Shown here in pieces: positions 1 to 11,177 of a stretch of 40,821 nt of DNA (position 1 is its first letter; the number at the start of each line of letters is the position of its first letter). Under the pieces are notes generated by a model. The model saw only the letters and a list, made by a program, of their open reading frames with translations. It had not been told where the DNA came from and ran no database searches. The translations under genes and the position numbers were made by a program. Location: the sequence record DRR723986_1305; one strand, given 5' to 3'.

Positions 1-1155
1 CAGCTGCGTCAGCTTGATATCCAGCGGCACACGGCCGCCCGACAGGGCCGACACGGCCGCCTTCATCCGTTTGACATAGCCACCATGATCGGCGCCAAAG
101 ATATCGATCAACAGGTCATAGCCGCGCTCGACCTTGTCGTAGTGATAGGCGATATCGGGGGCAAAATATGTCCAGGCACCGTCTGATTTCTGGATCGGGC
201 GATCCACATCATCGCCATGATCGGTGGATTTGAACAAGGTCTGTTCGCGCGGTTCCCAATCTTCGGGGGTTTTGCCCTTTGGCGGCTGGAGCGTGCCGCG
301 ATAGATCAGCCCCTTGTCGCGCAATGCATCAATGGCCGCCTCGATCAGGCCGGTGCCGTAAAGCGATTTTTCGCTGAAAAACCGGTCCATCTCGACGCCC
401 AGCGCCTTTAGATCGGCGCGGATCAGTGCCATCATTGCATCGGTGGCATAATCGCGAATGTCGGCCAGCCATACCTCTTCGGGCTGGTCCAGATAGGCGC
501 CGCCCACCTTGTCTTTCAGCGCCTGGCCCACGGGCACCAGATAATCGCCCGGATAGGTGCCATCGGCAAATTCCACGCTGCGGCCATGCGCCTCGAGGTA
601 GCGCAGATAGACCGAGCGGGCCAAAACATCGACCTGCGCGCCGCCATCATTGATGTAATATTCGCGTGTCACCTCAAAGCCTGCGTAATCAAGCAGGCTG
701 GCCAGCGCATCGCCAAACACCGCGCCCCGGGTGTGGCCCACATGCAAGGGGCCGGTGGGGTTGGCGCTGACATATTCCACATTCACGCGCTGCCCCGCCC
801 CCATGGCCGAGCGGCCAAAACCCGTGCCTTGCGCCAGCACCTGGGCCACAATGGCTTGCCACAGGCTGGCCGACAGGCGCAGGTTCAAAAACCCCGGCCC
901 CGCCACATCGGCGCTGGCCACGCGCGCATCGGCCTGCAACAGGGCCGCCAGGGCCTGGGCAATCTCGCGCGGGTTTTTACCGGCGGGTTTGGCCAAAACC
1001 ATGGCCGCGTTTGTGGCCATATCACCATGCGCTGCATCGCGCGGTGGCTCTACCGCGACCTGTGCATAATCAAGATTTGCGGGCAGATCGCCCGCGGCAA
1101 CCATCTGGTTCAGGCTGTCAATCACCAGCCCGCGCATTTCGGTGAAAAGGTTCAT
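1..1155 (-). CDS. argS: Arginyl-tRNA synthetase, N-terminal part (runs off window start)
   Basis: Manual minus-strand translation from ATG at 1155 (MNLFTEMRG...) gives VEYVSANPTGPLHVGHTRGA (HIGH motif), EYYINDGGAQ, YFAPDIAYH and GADHGGY. Not in the ORF track because no stop lies inside the window. Confidence 0.96.
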   Translation of the reverse strand, partial: MNLFTEMRGLVIDSLNQMVAAGDLPANLDYAQVAVEPPRDAAHGDMATNAAMVLAKPAGKNPREIAQALAALLQADARVASADVAGPGFLNLRLSASLWQAIVAQVLAQGTGFGRSAMGAGQRVNVEYVSANPTGPLHVGHTRGAVFGDALASLLDYAGFEVTREYYINDGGAQVDVLARSVYLRYLEAHGRSVEFADGTYPGDYLVPVGQALKDKVGGAYLDQPEEVWLADIRDYATDAMMALIRADLKALGVEMDRFFSEKSLYGTGLIEAAIDALRDKGLIYRGTLQPPKGKTPEDWEPREQTLFKSTDHGDDVDRPIQKSDGAWTYFAPDIAYHYDKVERGYDLLIDIFGADHGGYVKRMKAAVSALSGGRVPLDIKLTQL

Positions 1156-1204
1156 CGCACCCATCCTTTCGTTCGGCCCGGGTTTAGCACCGCCACCGCG
1201 CAGG

Positions 1205-1861
1205 TCAATCTGATTGCGCGCCGCACCGCAAAGGAAAACACAGCCCCCCAAGGTTAGGGCGGGGGGCGGCAGATAAAAACGCCAGCAGCGGCGCGCTGGC
1301 CGCCAGGGCCAGGCCGGGCGCCAGGGCCACCATGGCCACCGTTATGCCCTGCGCCGCGCGCGCCTGGGCCAACAGCGCCATATGCTGCTGATGGGCGGCA
1401 AAGGCCACAGCCGCCAGGCGCGCATGCGCCCCGGCCCCCGCACCGACAGGGGCTGTGGCTGGTGCTGTGGCTGGGGCTGTGGCTGGTGCTGGGGCTTGGG
1501 CCAAGCATACCACCGCCCCCTGCCCCGCCATCAAGGCCGGGCGCATTATCGTCACCACCGCTTCCAAAGCCAGTTGCGCGGGCTCGATCGGGGCGGCAAG
1601 GGGCATCAGGTTGATCAGCCCATGCACCGGCTCGCGCCCCCAAAGCCGCGCCAGCCGGCGGCAGGCCGCCAGATCGTGAAAATCCATCGCCAGCACCTCG
1701 ATCTTTTCTGGGTGCAAGCGGGCCAGATGCAGCAATGGCGCCTCAAGCGGGCCAATCGCAATAATCTGCGCGCCCAATAGGGCCAAACGCTGCGCCAATG
1801 GCCCAGCCCCATCGGCGCCCGCCCCAATGATGACAATGGTTTTCCCCGCCAAACGCGGCAT
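1205..1861 (-). CDS. Degenerate SDR/Rossmann-fold protein
   Basis: MPRLAGKTIVIIGAGADGAG N-terminal Rossmann motif. No YxxxK is visible and there is an Ala/Pro/Thr low-complexity insert. Start placed at ATG 1861. Confidence 0.55.
   Translation of the reverse strand: MPRLAGKTIVIIGAGADGAGPLAQRLALLGAQIIAIGPLEAPLLHLARLHPEKIEVLAMDFHDLAACRRLARLWGREPVHGLINLMPLAAPIEPAQLALEAVVTIMRPALMAGQGAVVCLAQAPAPATAPATAPATAPVGAGAGAHARLAAVAFAAHQQHMALLAQARAAQGITVAMVALAPGLALAASAPLLAFLSAAPRPNLGGLCFPLRCGAQSD
1449..1496. repeat. 4 x 12-bp tandem repeat (ggggctgtggct/ggtgctgtggct) encoding APATAPAT
   Basis: Units read directly at 1449, 1461, 1473 and 1485; the last has one extra mismatch. Confidence 0.85.
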
Positions 1862-1929
1862 CGCACACACCCACCCTGCCATACCTACACACGCACACAC
1901 CTGCCCCCCGGCAGGCCTCTTGTGCCTAG

Positions 1930-3099
1930 CTATACATGCACCCGGCCGGGAAGCACAGTTTCACCTGTCAAACGGGTAAATTCCTGCAAAGCAAACCTGT
2001 CGGTCATACCCGAGATGTAATCGCTGACCAGCCGTGCCATGGCGGTTTCGCTTTGGGCTGCGGCCACATCGCCCGCCCATTCGCGGGGCAGCATCTGCGG
2101 CTGTGTCATGTAGATGGGAAACAACGCCTGGATCACACCGGTGACTTGGCGGCGCATCTCAACCACTGACGGGGCGCGATACATGCGCTGAAACAAAAAC
2201 GCACGCACCTGTTTCAAATCATCCCAAAGTGCGGGGCTGAATTGCACCATCATACGACCGGCATCGCGGATATCTTGGGCCGAGCGCGGCGCCAGCGCGC
2301 GCAGATTGGCGCGGCTGACATCGATAACATCTGCCACCAGCACCCCAAAAAAGCGGCGCAGCGCCTCGTGGCGGCGGCGGTTGTCATCCAGCGCCGGATA
2401 GGCCTGATCGACCTCGGCAAAACAGGCGCCAAGCACTGGCAGCTGCATCAGCTCGTCACAGCTGAACAGCCCCGCGCGCAGCCCGTCTTGCAGATCGTGG
2501 TTATTGTAGGCGATATCATCGGCCAAGGCGGCCACCTGCGCCTCGGCGCTGGCATGGCTGTGCAGTTCTAGATCCACCTGATCGTTGCAGGCCGCCAAGG
2601 CCCAAGGCGCGGGGCCGGTGACGGGGCCATTATGCTTGGCAATGCCTTCCAGGGTTTCCCATGTCAGGTTCAGCCCGTCCCATTCGGCGTAATGGCGTTC
2701 CAGCTCGCAGACAATGCGGATGGCTTGGGCATTGTGATCAAACCCGCCAAAGGGTGCCATCAATTCGGCCAAGGCATCTTCGCCCGTGTGGCCAAAGGGC
2801 GTGTGCCCCAAATCATGGGCCAGGGCCACGGCCTCGGTCAGTTCCAGGTTTAGCCCCAGGGCGCCAGAAATGGTGCGCGCCACTTGCGCCACCTCGATTG
2901 AGTGGGTCAGGCGGGTGCGGAAATAATCGCCCTCATGTTCCACAAACACTTGGGTTTTATGTTTTAACCGGCGAAAGGCGCTGGAATGGATGATGCGGTC
3001 ACGGTCGCGTTGGAACGGGGTGCGAAAGGCGCTTTCCTGTTCGGCAAAGCGGCGCCCGCGGCTGGCGGCGGGCTGTGCGGCATAGGCGGCGGCGGTCAT
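1930..3099 (-). CDS. dgt: Deoxyguanosinetriphosphate triphosphohydrolase (dGTPase, HD family)
   Basis: RTPFQRDRDRIIHSSAFRRLKHKTQVF, RTRLTHS, HDLGHTPFGHTGE, DYISGMTD. Confidence 0.95.
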   Translation of the reverse strand: MTAAAYAAQPAASRGRRFAEQESAFRTPFQRDRDRIIHSSAFRRLKHKTQVFVEHEGDYFRTRLTHSIEVAQVARTISGALGLNLELTEAVALAHDLGHTPFGHTGEDALAELMAPFGGFDHNAQAIRIVCELERHYAEWDGLNLTWETLEGIAKHNGPVTGPAPWALAACNDQVDLELHSHASAEAQVAALADDIAYNNHDLQDGLRAGLFSCDELMQLPVLGACFAEVDQAYPALDDNRRRHEALRRFFGVLVADVIDVSRANLRALAPRSAQDIRDAGRMMVQFSPALWDDLKQVRAFLFQRMYRAPSVVEMRRQVTGVIQALFPIYMTQPQMLPREWAGDVAAAQSETAMARLVSDYISGMTDRFALQEFTRLTGETVLPGRVHV

Positions 3100-3170
3100 T
3101 GCTTGCTTGTCCTTGTCGGCACGGTCATCCGCCCATATATTCCACCTTGAACGGGAACAAAACCATCAGG

Positions 3171-3503
3171 ATGGCTGATATGCAAATTCCGCCCAGTGTG
3201 ACCGAACGTGCCTTTGCGCGTCTGGCAGAAATTGGCGCCGCAGATCAAGGCCAGGCCTTGCGCGTGGCCGTCGAAGGCGGGGGGTGTTCGGGGTTTCAAT
3301 ACGACATCCGCCTGGATACGCCCGCGCAGGGTGATCTGGTGCTAGAGGCACAGGGCCAGCGCGTGGTGGTCGATGAGGTATCGCTGCCCTTTTTGGCAGG
3401 CGCGGTGATCGATTTCGCCGACGAGCTGATCGGCGCGCGCTTTGTCATCGACAACCCCAATGCCACCTCGTCGTGCGGCTGCGGCACATCGTTTTCGATG
3501 TAG
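3171..3503 (+). CDS. erpA: A-type Fe-S cluster carrier (HesB/IscA/ErpA family)
   Basis: GGGCSGFQY and NPNATSSCGCGTSF motifs; divergent from dgt. Start at 3171 or 3180. Confidence 0.88.
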   Translation: MADMQIPPSVTERAFARLAEIGAADQGQALRVAVEGGGCSGFQYDIRLDTPAQGDLVLEAQGQRVVVDEVSLPFLAGAVIDFADELIGARFVIDNPNATSSCGCGTSFSM

Positions 3504-3525
3504 CGGCGCCAGATCGCACCCTGCC

Positions 3526-4497
3526 CTAGCCGGGCTGGGTGCCCCCGGCCAGCATGGTTTCGATCAAAATTTGCACCTGCAGCGCCTCGTCTGGCGTAGC
3601 CAGGCGGTGTGGCTGGCGCTGCAGGCACAGCAATAAATCCCCCAGTTGCGCCTGTAACGCGCCACTGCGCGGATCGCCCGGGGGCAGATCAAGCGGGGCA
3701 AATTCGGCGCCGGTGCTGGCCCAATCTGCATAGAAATCGTTTATGCGGCGGCTTTCGGCCTGGCCTTTGATCACCAGCTCTTGACGGTCGGGCTGGGCAC
3801 CGCCGACGCTGGCAAACACCGACACAGGCACGCCATCGGCGTTTTCCAGCCGCGCCAGCATGTGCGTTTCGCACAAATCTGCATCTGCGGGGTAGCTGGG
3901 GCAGGCCTGCACCACATGCAACGGCCCCAAAATACGCTGCGACACAAACAGGAAATGCGAAATCACCTCGCGCGTCATGCCGCCTTCGGCGCGAAACCGC
4001 AGCCAATCGGCGCCTTGCTGCCACAGGCGCGGCCATTGCGCATAGCTGACCACAATATCCACCCCCGCCAGCGCCCCCAGCTGGCCCTGCTGCGCGGCCT
4101 GATGGGTGCGCGTCAGCGCGGGGCTGGCGGCTTGGGTGAAATTAACTGCGGCAGGCACGCCGCTGGCGGCAAGACGGGCCACCAAATCGCGGCTTTCGGC
4201 GATGTTCACGCCCAAGGGTTTTTCCAAAAACACGGCCTTGCCGGCGGCTGCGGCCTGCAGCGCATAGTGTTTGCGCGGCACGGGCGGGCAGGCCAGATAA
4301 ACCAGCTGTGCCGCATCGATGGCCTGCTGGGCACTGCCCGCAATCGCAAGGCCTGGCGCTGCGGCCTGTGCCTGTGCGCAGGCCTTTGCACTGGGGTCCC
4401 AGCCCGCCACCACCTGATAGCCCGGGTTGGCCTGCATCTGCGCCACCATGCGTTGGCCCATGATGCCCAAACCGATCACCGCTGTTTTCACCGCCAT
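3526..4497 (-). CDS. Gfo/Idh/MocA family oxidoreductase
   Basis: VIGLGIMG Rossmann motif, GKAVFLEKP signature, GGMTREVISH. Confidence 0.88.
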   Translation of the reverse strand: MAVKTAVIGLGIMGQRMVAQMQANPGYQVVAGWDPSAKACAQAQAAAPGLAIAGSAQQAIDAAQLVYLACPPVPRKHYALQAAAAGKAVFLEKPLGVNIAESRDLVARLAASGVPAAVNFTQAASPALTRTHQAAQQGQLGALAGVDIVVSYAQWPRLWQQGADWLRFRAEGGMTREVISHFLFVSQRILGPLHVVQACPSYPADADLCETHMLARLENADGVPVSVFASVGGAQPDRQELVIKGQAESRRINDFYADWASTGAEFAPLDLPPGDPRSGALQAQLGDLLLCLQRQPHRLATPDEALQVQILIETMLAGGTQPG

Positions 4498-4801
4498 ACG
4501 TTCCCCCTAAGTGCTAGATCGCGCAGGCGGCATCAGAGCGGCTTGGCCCGCGCAATGCAAGCCCGCGCAAACACGGCATTGGCGGCACCTGAATGGAAAT
4601 CTGGCCACCCAAAAACAACGCCAAGCTGTGCAAAACCGCGCTGCGCACAAAGCTTGGGCATAATTGGACAATCTTTTTGTCCAAAATTAAAAGTTTATTT
4701 CAGAAAAATCTTGCGGCTTTTCCCCCTTGCCCGCTAACGTGCCCCCACAGCCGCGAACAAGAATGGCTTTGCAAACTACCACAATAGAGGGGAATTCCCA
4801 T

Positions 4802-5887
4802 ATGGATCGTCGTAAGTTTATCAAAGGGGCAGCCATCGCCGGCACTGGCGCATCGCTTGCTGCCCCCGCCGTCGCACAAGAGCGCAAGCAGCTGGTCATC
4901 GTATCGACCTGGCCGCGCGACTTCCCCGGCCTGGGCCTGTCGGCACAGCGCCTGGCACAGCGCATTGGCGAAATCTCGGATGGCCATTTTGCCGTTGAAT
5001 ACTTTGCCGCCGGCGAGCGCGTAGGCGCATTCGACGTGTTCGACGAAGTGGCATCGGGCAACAGCCAGGCCTACATCGGCGCCGAATACTACTGGGGCGG
5101 CAAGCATGCCGGCTTTAACTACTTCACCGCCGTTCCGTTTGGGATGTCGACCCAGGAATGGACCGCATGGGTAATGTATGGCGGTGGCCAGGCCCTGTGG
5201 GACGAGCTGTCGGGCGAATTTGGCCTGAAAGCACTGACCTGCGGCTCGACCGGCACACAGGCCGGTGGCTGGTTCAACAAAGAAATGGAAACAGCAGACG
5301 ATTTCAAAGGTCTGAAAATGCGTATTCCGGGCCTGGGCGGGCAGCTGCTGTCGAAACTGGGCGCATCCACCGTGTCGCTGCCCGGTGGCCAGATCTACGA
5401 AAACCTGGTGTCTGGCGCCATCGAAGCGACCGAATGGGTTGGTCCGTATAACGACTACTTCATGAAGTTCTATGAGGCCGCAAAATACTACTACACCGGC
5501 GGCGTGCACGAGCCGGGCGGCGGCCTGGGCTTTGGCATGAACGCATCGTGGTGGGGCGGCTTGACCGAATGGGAAAAGAACGTCATCCGCGCAGCCTGTA
5601 ACGAAGAGCATCAGGCAGCACACCACGAAGCCATGGCGAAAAACGGTGAATACCTGGGCAAGCTGATCAACGAGCAGGGCGTCGAAGTGCGCGCCTTCTC
5701 CGACGAGATCTGGGATGCCTTTGGCGAAGCCGCGGTTGAGGTCTTTGAAGAAACCCGCGCCCATTCGCCGCTGGCTGCCAAGATCGATGATCACTTCCAA
5801 AAGTCACTGCGCGAAATCGGCGGTTCGATCAACTCGCTGGAAGGCACCTTCCTGCGTCAGCGTAACCGCGTTCTGGGGATCGGCTGA
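4802..5887 (+). CDS. dctP: TRAP transporter substrate-binding protein (TakP/FcbT1-type) with Tat signal
   Basis: MDRRKFIKGAA Tat signal, APAVAQ, STWPRDFPGLG, GLKMRIPGLGG, EWVGPYND. Confidence 0.93.
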   Translation: MDRRKFIKGAAIAGTGASLAAPAVAQERKQLVIVSTWPRDFPGLGLSAQRLAQRIGEISDGHFAVEYFAAGERVGAFDVFDEVASGNSQAYIGAEYYWGGKHAGFNYFTAVPFGMSTQEWTAWVMYGGGQALWDELSGEFGLKALTCGSTGTQAGGWFNKEMETADDFKGLKMRIPGLGGQLLSKLGASTVSLPGGQIYENLVSGAIEATEWVGPYNDYFMKFYEAAKYYYTGGVHEPGGGLGFGMNASWWGGLTEWEKNVIRAACNEEHQAAHHEAMAKNGEYLGKLINEQGVEVRAFSDEIWDAFGEAAVEVFEETRAHSPLAAKIDDHFQKSLREIGGSINSLEGTFLRQRNRVLGIG

Positions 5888-5910
5888 TCGCCCTGACCGG
5901 CTAAGACAAG

Positions 5911-5936
5911 ACAAGCGGGGCTGCGGCCCCGCTTGT
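5911..5936 (+). terminator. Stem-loop after dctP (terminator or mRNA-stabilising hairpin)
   Basis: acaagcggggc-tgcg-gccccgcttgt, a perfect 11-bp stem. Confidence 0.7.
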
Positions 5937-6046
5937 TGGTTATAATAGCAACGGGTGAAAGGGGTGCCCCTGCATTTGACGACCGCAACACGCGGCCCAT
6001 GTTGTGCAAGGCAATCCCATCGTACAAAAACACTACAGGGGGGAAT

Positions 6047-7042
6047 ATGACCTTACGGGCTGACACGATAGAACCTCGTTTCAGCGGCGATCCGGCGCCG
6101 GGCTGGCGTGCCCTGGGATGGGCGCTGCTTGGGGCATTGGCCGCATTCCTTGTGAACAACATCTTAGTCATCGGGTTTGGCGGCGCGCATCTGTCCAGCC
6201 TCTTTACCGAAGGTCTGGGCGCGGCTTGGGTGCCGCTGGCTGTTTACGCCATCTTCATGGGCGCGGGCGTGGCTTTTGCCATCAGCAGCAGCGATACCCC
6301 CCTGCGCCAGGATGCCGACCGCATTCACCGCTTTAACCTTTACATCGTGCGATCGCTGTTTTGGGCGGTTTTCATGATTGGGGTGGTTGATGCGCTGGTG
6401 GCTTTGATGCGCGTCGAAAACATGCTGAGCTTCTTTTTCGACAAGGAAACCGTGCGCGAATTCACCCGCTCGGCCTTTGTGGCGCCGATCTTTCATTTCC
6501 CCCTGATCGCGCTGGGCTTTGTTATTGGTGCCTTCACACGCACATTGGGCTTTAGCTGGCTGGCGCTGCTGATTGTGGCCAGCGAATTGCTGATCGTTTT
6601 CACCCGCTTTGTGTTTTCCTATGAACAGGCGCTGATGGGCGATTTGGTGCGCTATTGGTATGCGGCGCTGTTTTTGTTCGCCTCGGCCTACACGCTGTAC
6701 GACGAGGGCCATGTGCGCGTTGATATTATCTACGCCGGGCGCAGCAGCCGCACCAAGGGCAAGCTGAACACGGTGGGCACGCTGTTGCTGGGTATTGTCA
6801 CCTGCTGGACGGTGCTGGTGATCGGGATGAATGGCAAAACCGCCATCATCAACGCGCCGATCGTGAATTTGGAAATCACCCAAACCGGCGCCAACGGCAT
6901 GTTCATCAAATACCAAATGGCGGCTTTCTTGGCCATTTTCGCGGTGACGATGATCCTTCAATTCGTGTCTTACCTCTTTGAATCTCTGGCAGATTCGCGC
7001 GGCGAACCGGGCAAGCGCGAAATCGCTGCACCCGCACATTAA
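6047..7042 (+). CDS. dctQ: TRAP small permease, N-terminally extended
   Basis: Multiple TM segments, RFVFSYEQ...YTLYDEGHVRVDIIY DctQ motif, position between dctP and dctM. Confidence 0.88.
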   Translation: MTLRADTIEPRFSGDPAPGWRALGWALLGALAAFLVNNILVIGFGGAHLSSLFTEGLGAAWVPLAVYAIFMGAGVAFAISSSDTPLRQDADRIHRFNLYIVRSLFWAVFMIGVVDALVALMRVENMLSFFFDKETVREFTRSAFVAPIFHFPLIALGFVIGAFTRTLGFSWLALLIVASELLIVFTRFVFSYEQALMGDLVRYWYAALFLFASAYTLYDEGHVRVDIIYAGRSSRTKGKLNTVGTLLLGIVTCWTVLVIGMNGKTAIINAPIVNLEITQTGANGMFIKYQMAAFLAIFAVTMILQFVSYLFESLADSRGEPGKREIAAPAH

Positions 7043-7053
7043 GGAGCCAACCG

Positions 7054-9717
7054 ATGGAACTGTTTTTCCTCGTCCTGTTGATATTCATCATGGCGGCGGC
7101 GCTTGGCTCGGGCTATCCAGTGGCCTTTGCCCTGCCCGGTGCTGCGATTATCACGATCGGCCTTGCCGCCGGCGCAGGCGCGCTGTTTGGCGGATCGACC
7201 GACGCATTTTTCCACTCGGGTGGTCCATCGCAATGGCTGTCTGCGGGGGTGACAAACCTGCGAGGGGTCTATTGGGAGGTTGAACGCGATACGCTGATTG
7301 CGATCCCGCTGTTCATCTTCATGGGCATCATGCTGCAGCGTTCGAAAATTGCCGAAGACCTGCTGGTTGCCATGGCGCAGCTGTTTGGCCCTGTGCCGGG
7401 TGGCTTGGGTATTTCGGTGGTATTTGTGGGCGCGCTGCTGGCCGCCACCACGGGCATTGTGGGCGCCACGGTTGTGGCCATGGGCCTGATTTCGCTGCCC
7501 GCGATGCTGCGCAACAACTATTCGCCGTCGCTGGCCACGGGCACGATTGCGGCCTCGGGCACGCTGGGGCAGATCATTCCGCCCTCGATCGTGCTGATCA
7601 TTCTGGCCGACCAGCTGGCCTCGGCCACCGACCAGGCATCGGCCGCGCGCAAAGCGCTGCACAAAGAGGCCACGGGCGAGCTGAGCATGCCCTCGATCTT
7701 TGATGTGGGGTCTACCTCGGCAGGCGAGATGTTCCTGGGCGCCTTTGTGCCTGGCCTGCTGCTGGTGGCCATCTACATGGTCTACATTCTGATCTACGCG
7801 ATCTTGAACCCCAAACGCGCCCCCGCCGTGCCCTACGAGGGCGCGCGCGATAACGCGTTTTGGCGCAATATCTTCCTAACCTTGGTGCCCCCGCTGGCGT
7901 TGATCTTCCTTGTGCTGGGCTCGATCATTGCCGGTATCGCCACGGTGAACCAGGCCGGCGCCATTGGTGCGGCGGGTGCCATGGTGATGGCGGGCTACCG
8001 CCTGGGCGACAAGCGCCACGATACCTATTACCCGGCGTTTTTGGCCATTGCAGGTATTGCGCTGATTGCCTTTGCGCTGAACACCTTCCCGATGAACCTG
8101 AAAGCGGCCCATTCCAGCAGCGATTGGCTGGGCATTGGCATCGGCGTTATCGGCTCGATCATGGTGATTGCCGCGATCTGCTGGTCGGGGATGCGGATCT
8201 ACCGGTTTGAAAACACGCTAAACAACGTGATGTTGGAAACCGCGAAAACCACCTCGTTGGTCTTTATCATCCTGCTGGGCGCCGCCATGCTGACAGCTGC
8301 CTTCCGCGCCTTTGGTGGTGAAGAGCTGGTGCGCGATTTCCTGATGGGCCTGCCGGGCGGGTTCTGGATGCAGTTCATCATCGTGATGCTGGTGATCTTT
8401 ATCCTGGGCTTTTTCCTGGATTTCATCGAAATCGCCGTTGTGGTTGTGCCGATCGTCGCGCCAATTCTGCTGGCCGATCCCGGCGCCAATATCACCGCTG
8501 TGTGGCTGGGTGTGATGATTGGTTTGAATATTCAAACCTCGTTCCTGACACCGCCCTTTGGCTTTGCGCTGTTCTATCTGCGCGGCGTGGCGCCATCTTC
8601 GGTGAAAACGCTGATGATGTATAAGGGTGTGATCCCCTTTATCGCGCTGCAGCTTTTGGCGCTGACAGTCACCGGGCTTTACCCGCAGTTGGTGAACTAT
8701 CTGCCAAACCGCGTTAACTATTTGTCAGAAACAGCCCCACCGCCGCGTAACCCCAAGCTGCAATATTGCGTCGATAGCTTTGTCTTTGACCAGCTTGATA
8801 ATGGCGTGGGCGATGTGCCTGGCAAACTGGCCGCAGCGCGCACCATCGATCTCGCGGCCCTGCCGGCGGATTTGCAAAAAGATCTCAGCAAATCCTTTGA
8901 TCAGGCGCAGATTGCGCTGGATGCGGTGCCAACAATCCACGCAGCCGAGCGCGCGGTAGATGAGGCGGCCGTTGATTACCGCCCCATCCTGACCGAGGTG
9001 CGCGCCATCCAAAAGCAAGTGAACCGCCTGGCCAAAAAAGCCGAGGATCTGGGCCGCGAGGCCGGGCGCCTGCGCGCCACGGATGACAAAACCGTGGAAC
9101 AACGCGCCCGCATGGAGGCCCGCAAAGCCGCGCTCGAGGCCGAGATCGCACAGCTGCAAAGCGGCATTCCCGCAGATTGGGACGAGGTGCACAAGGCGTT
9201 TGAAAAGCTGACAAAGGCAGAAACAGACGCCCGCAACACCCACCGCCGCGCGGCCGATACGGCCTTTGACGACGCAGCCGAGGTTCTGGCCGTGTTGAAC
9301 GGCACTGCCAGCTTGCTGGCGCTCGAGGGCGACATCACCGGCCTGCGCAGCGCCGTGGAAAGCGGCGATGCGGTGCAGACAGCTGCAAAGCTGGATGCGC
9401 TGGCCGATCAGGTGCGCGAAATCGAGGGGGCTGGCGATATTCGCAAGGGCCTGAACAACGCCCGCAGGGTGCTGGAAAAAACCCCTGATGACCGCGCCAA
9501 GGCCCTGGCCGATTACGACAGTGCCGTGGCCGAACTGGCAGCCCAAAAAACCTGGCGTCTGGCGGCCGACAGCACGGTCAAGCCGCAGCTGCAGGCCTAT
9601 GTCGATGGCATCTTGGCCACATTGGGTGCGCGCAGCTTGGCACAGCTGTCAGAAGACCAGGCACTTTATATTGCCGCGTGCAATGCGGGCCACCGCGATT
9701 TGTCGCTAAACTTCTAA
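7054..9717 (+). CDS. dctM: TRAP large permease with long C-terminal soluble extension
   Basis: [43 protein letters not shown]; 887 aa; RBS aaggag upstream. Confidence 0.93.
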   Translation: MELFFLVLLIFIMAAALGSGYPVAFALPGAAIITIGLAAGAGALFGGSTDAFFHSGGPSQWLSAGVTNLRGVYWEVERDTLIAIPLFIFMGIMLQRSKIAEDLLVAMAQLFGPVPGGLGISVVFVGALLAATTGIVGATVVAMGLISLPAMLRNNYSPSLATGTIAASGTLGQIIPPSIVLIILADQLASATDQASAARKALHKEATGELSMPSIFDVGSTSAGEMFLGAFVPGLLLVAIYMVYILIYAILNPKRAPAVPYEGARDNAFWRNIFLTLVPPLALIFLVLGSIIAGIATVNQAGAIGAAGAMVMAGYRLGDKRHDTYYPAFLAIAGIALIAFALNTFPMNLKAAHSSSDWLGIGIGVIGSIMVIAAICWSGMRIYRFENTLNNVMLETAKTTSLVFIILLGAAMLTAAFRAFGGEELVRDFLMGLPGGFWMQFIIVMLVIFILGFFLDFIEIAVVVVPIVAPILLADPGANITAVWLGVMIGLNIQTSFLTPPFGFALFYLRGVAPSSVKTLMMYKGVIPFIALQLLALTVTGLYPQLVNYLPNRVNYLSETAPPPRNPKLQYCVDSFVFDQLDNGVGDVPGKLAAARTIDLAALPADLQKDLSKSFDQAQIALDAVPTIHAAERAVDEAAVDYRPILTEVRAIQKQVNRLAKKAEDLGREAGRLRATDDKTVEQRARMEARKAALEAEIAQLQSGIPADWDEVHKAFEKLTKAETDARNTHRRAADTAFDDAAEVLAVLNGTASLLALEGDITGLRSAVESGDAVQTAAKLDALADQVREIEGAGDIRKGLNNARRVLEKTPDDRAKALADYDSAVAELAAQKTWRLAADSTVKPQLQAYVDGILATLGARSLAQLSEDQALYIAACNAGHRDLSLNF

Positions 9718-9741
9718 GCCGGCACCACACGATCATCACCG

Positions 9742-9767
9742 AAAGGGCCGCCCTGTGCGGCCCTTTT
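9742..9767 (+). terminator. Rho-independent terminator after the TRAP operon
   Basis: aaagggccgc-cctgt-gcggcccttt followed by T-rich sequence. Confidence 0.75.
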
Positions 9768-9854
9768 GCTTTGGTCCCCGCTACCGTTTTTTTGCGGCCT
9801 TGTTTTTGCCAGGCCAATGCGCCTTTACTTGGCCACCACCAAAAGGAGAGGCCC

Positions 9855-11144
9855 ATGCCCACACCGCCCCGCACCCACAGCTCTGCCCTGCCGGGCCTGC
9901 GCGCGCAAAGCCCCGCAGAACGCGCCAGCGCCGTGGCACAGGCCGCAGGCCTGCCGCCCGATACCCTGGCGCCGCTGCACAGTGCCGGCGCCCTGCCCCA
10001 TGCGGTGGCCGATGGTATGATTGAAAACGTGCTGGGCACATTCGAGCTACCCCTGGGCGTGGCCACGAATTTCACAGTCAACGGGCGCGATTATCTGGTG
10101 CCCATGGCGGTAGAAGAGCCCTCGGTTGTGGCTGCGGCCTCGTATATGGCGAAACTGGCCCGCCCCCATGGCGGTTTTCAGGTCAGCACCACCGCGCCCA
10201 TCATGCGCGCGCAAATTCAGGTGCTGGGCCTGACAGACCCTCATGGCGCCCGTGCACGCCTGCTGGCCCACCGCGCAGAAATCATCGAGACAGCCAACAG
10301 CAAAGATACGGTTTTGGTGGGCCTGGGGGGCGGCTGCAAGGATATCGAGGTGCATCTGTTCCCCGACACCCCCATCGGGCCGATGCTGGTGCTGCATTTG
10401 TTGGTGGATGTGCGCGATGCCATGGGGGCCAATGCCGTAAACACCATGGCCGAAATGCTGGCGCCGCGGATAGAGGCCATCACCGGCGGCACCGTGCGGC
10501 TGCGTATCTTGTCGAACCTGGCCGATCGGCGCGTGGTCACAGCCAGCCTGCGCCTGCCCGTCGCGGCGCTTGATACCGAGGCCTTGCAAGGCGCCGATGT
10601 GGCGCAGGGCATTGTCGAGGCCTGCACCCTGGCGCTGATCGATCCCTACCGCGCCGCCACCCATAACAAAGGCATCATGAACGGGATCGACCCGGTGGTG
10701 CTGGCCACGGGCAACGACTGGCGCGCGATCGAGGCGGGCGCCCACGCCTATGCCGCGCGCAATGGGCGCTACACCGCGCTAACCGCATGGGAGCTGGCGG
10801 GCGATGGCCATCTGGTGGGCACGCTGGAAATGCCCATGGCGGTGGGCATTGTGGGCGGCGCCACCCGCACCCACCCCGGCGCACAGGCCGCCTTGCAGCT
10901 GATGGGCATCACCAGCGCCGAGGAACTGGGCCATGTGATTGCAGCCGTTGGCCTGGCGCAAAACATGGCAGCCCTGCGCGCCCTGGCCACCGAGGGTATT
11001 CAACGCGGCCATATGCGCCTGCATGCGCGCAATATCGCTATCACCGCAGGTGCCACAGGCGCAGATATTGCCCGCGTGGCCGATGCCATCGTGGCGGCCG
11101 GTGATATCACCGTGGCCCGCGCCCGCAGCCTGCTGGGCGGCTAA
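9855..11144 (+). CDS. mvaA: Class II (degradative-type) HMG-CoA reductase
   Basis: [52 protein letters not shown] aaggag before ATG 9855. Confidence 0.93.
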   Translation: MPTPPRTHSSALPGLRAQSPAERASAVAQAAGLPPDTLAPLHSAGALPHAVADGMIENVLGTFELPLGVATNFTVNGRDYLVPMAVEEPSVVAAASYMAKLARPHGGFQVSTTAPIMRAQIQVLGLTDPHGARARLLAHRAEIIETANSKDTVLVGLGGGCKDIEVHLFPDTPIGPMLVLHLLVDVRDAMGANAVNTMAEMLAPRIEAITGGTVRLRILSNLADRRVVTASLRLPVAALDTEALQGADVAQGIVEACTLALIDPYRAATHNKGIMNGIDPVVLATGNDWRAIEAGAHAYAARNGRYTALTAWELAGDGHLVGTLEMPMAVGIVGGATRTHPGAQAALQLMGITSAEELGHVIAAVGLAQNMAALRALATEGIQRGHMRLHARNIAITAGATGADIARVADAIVAAGDITVARARSLLGG

Positions 11145-11177
11145 CTATTTTTACCACCGAACAAAGGAGTGCGCCCA

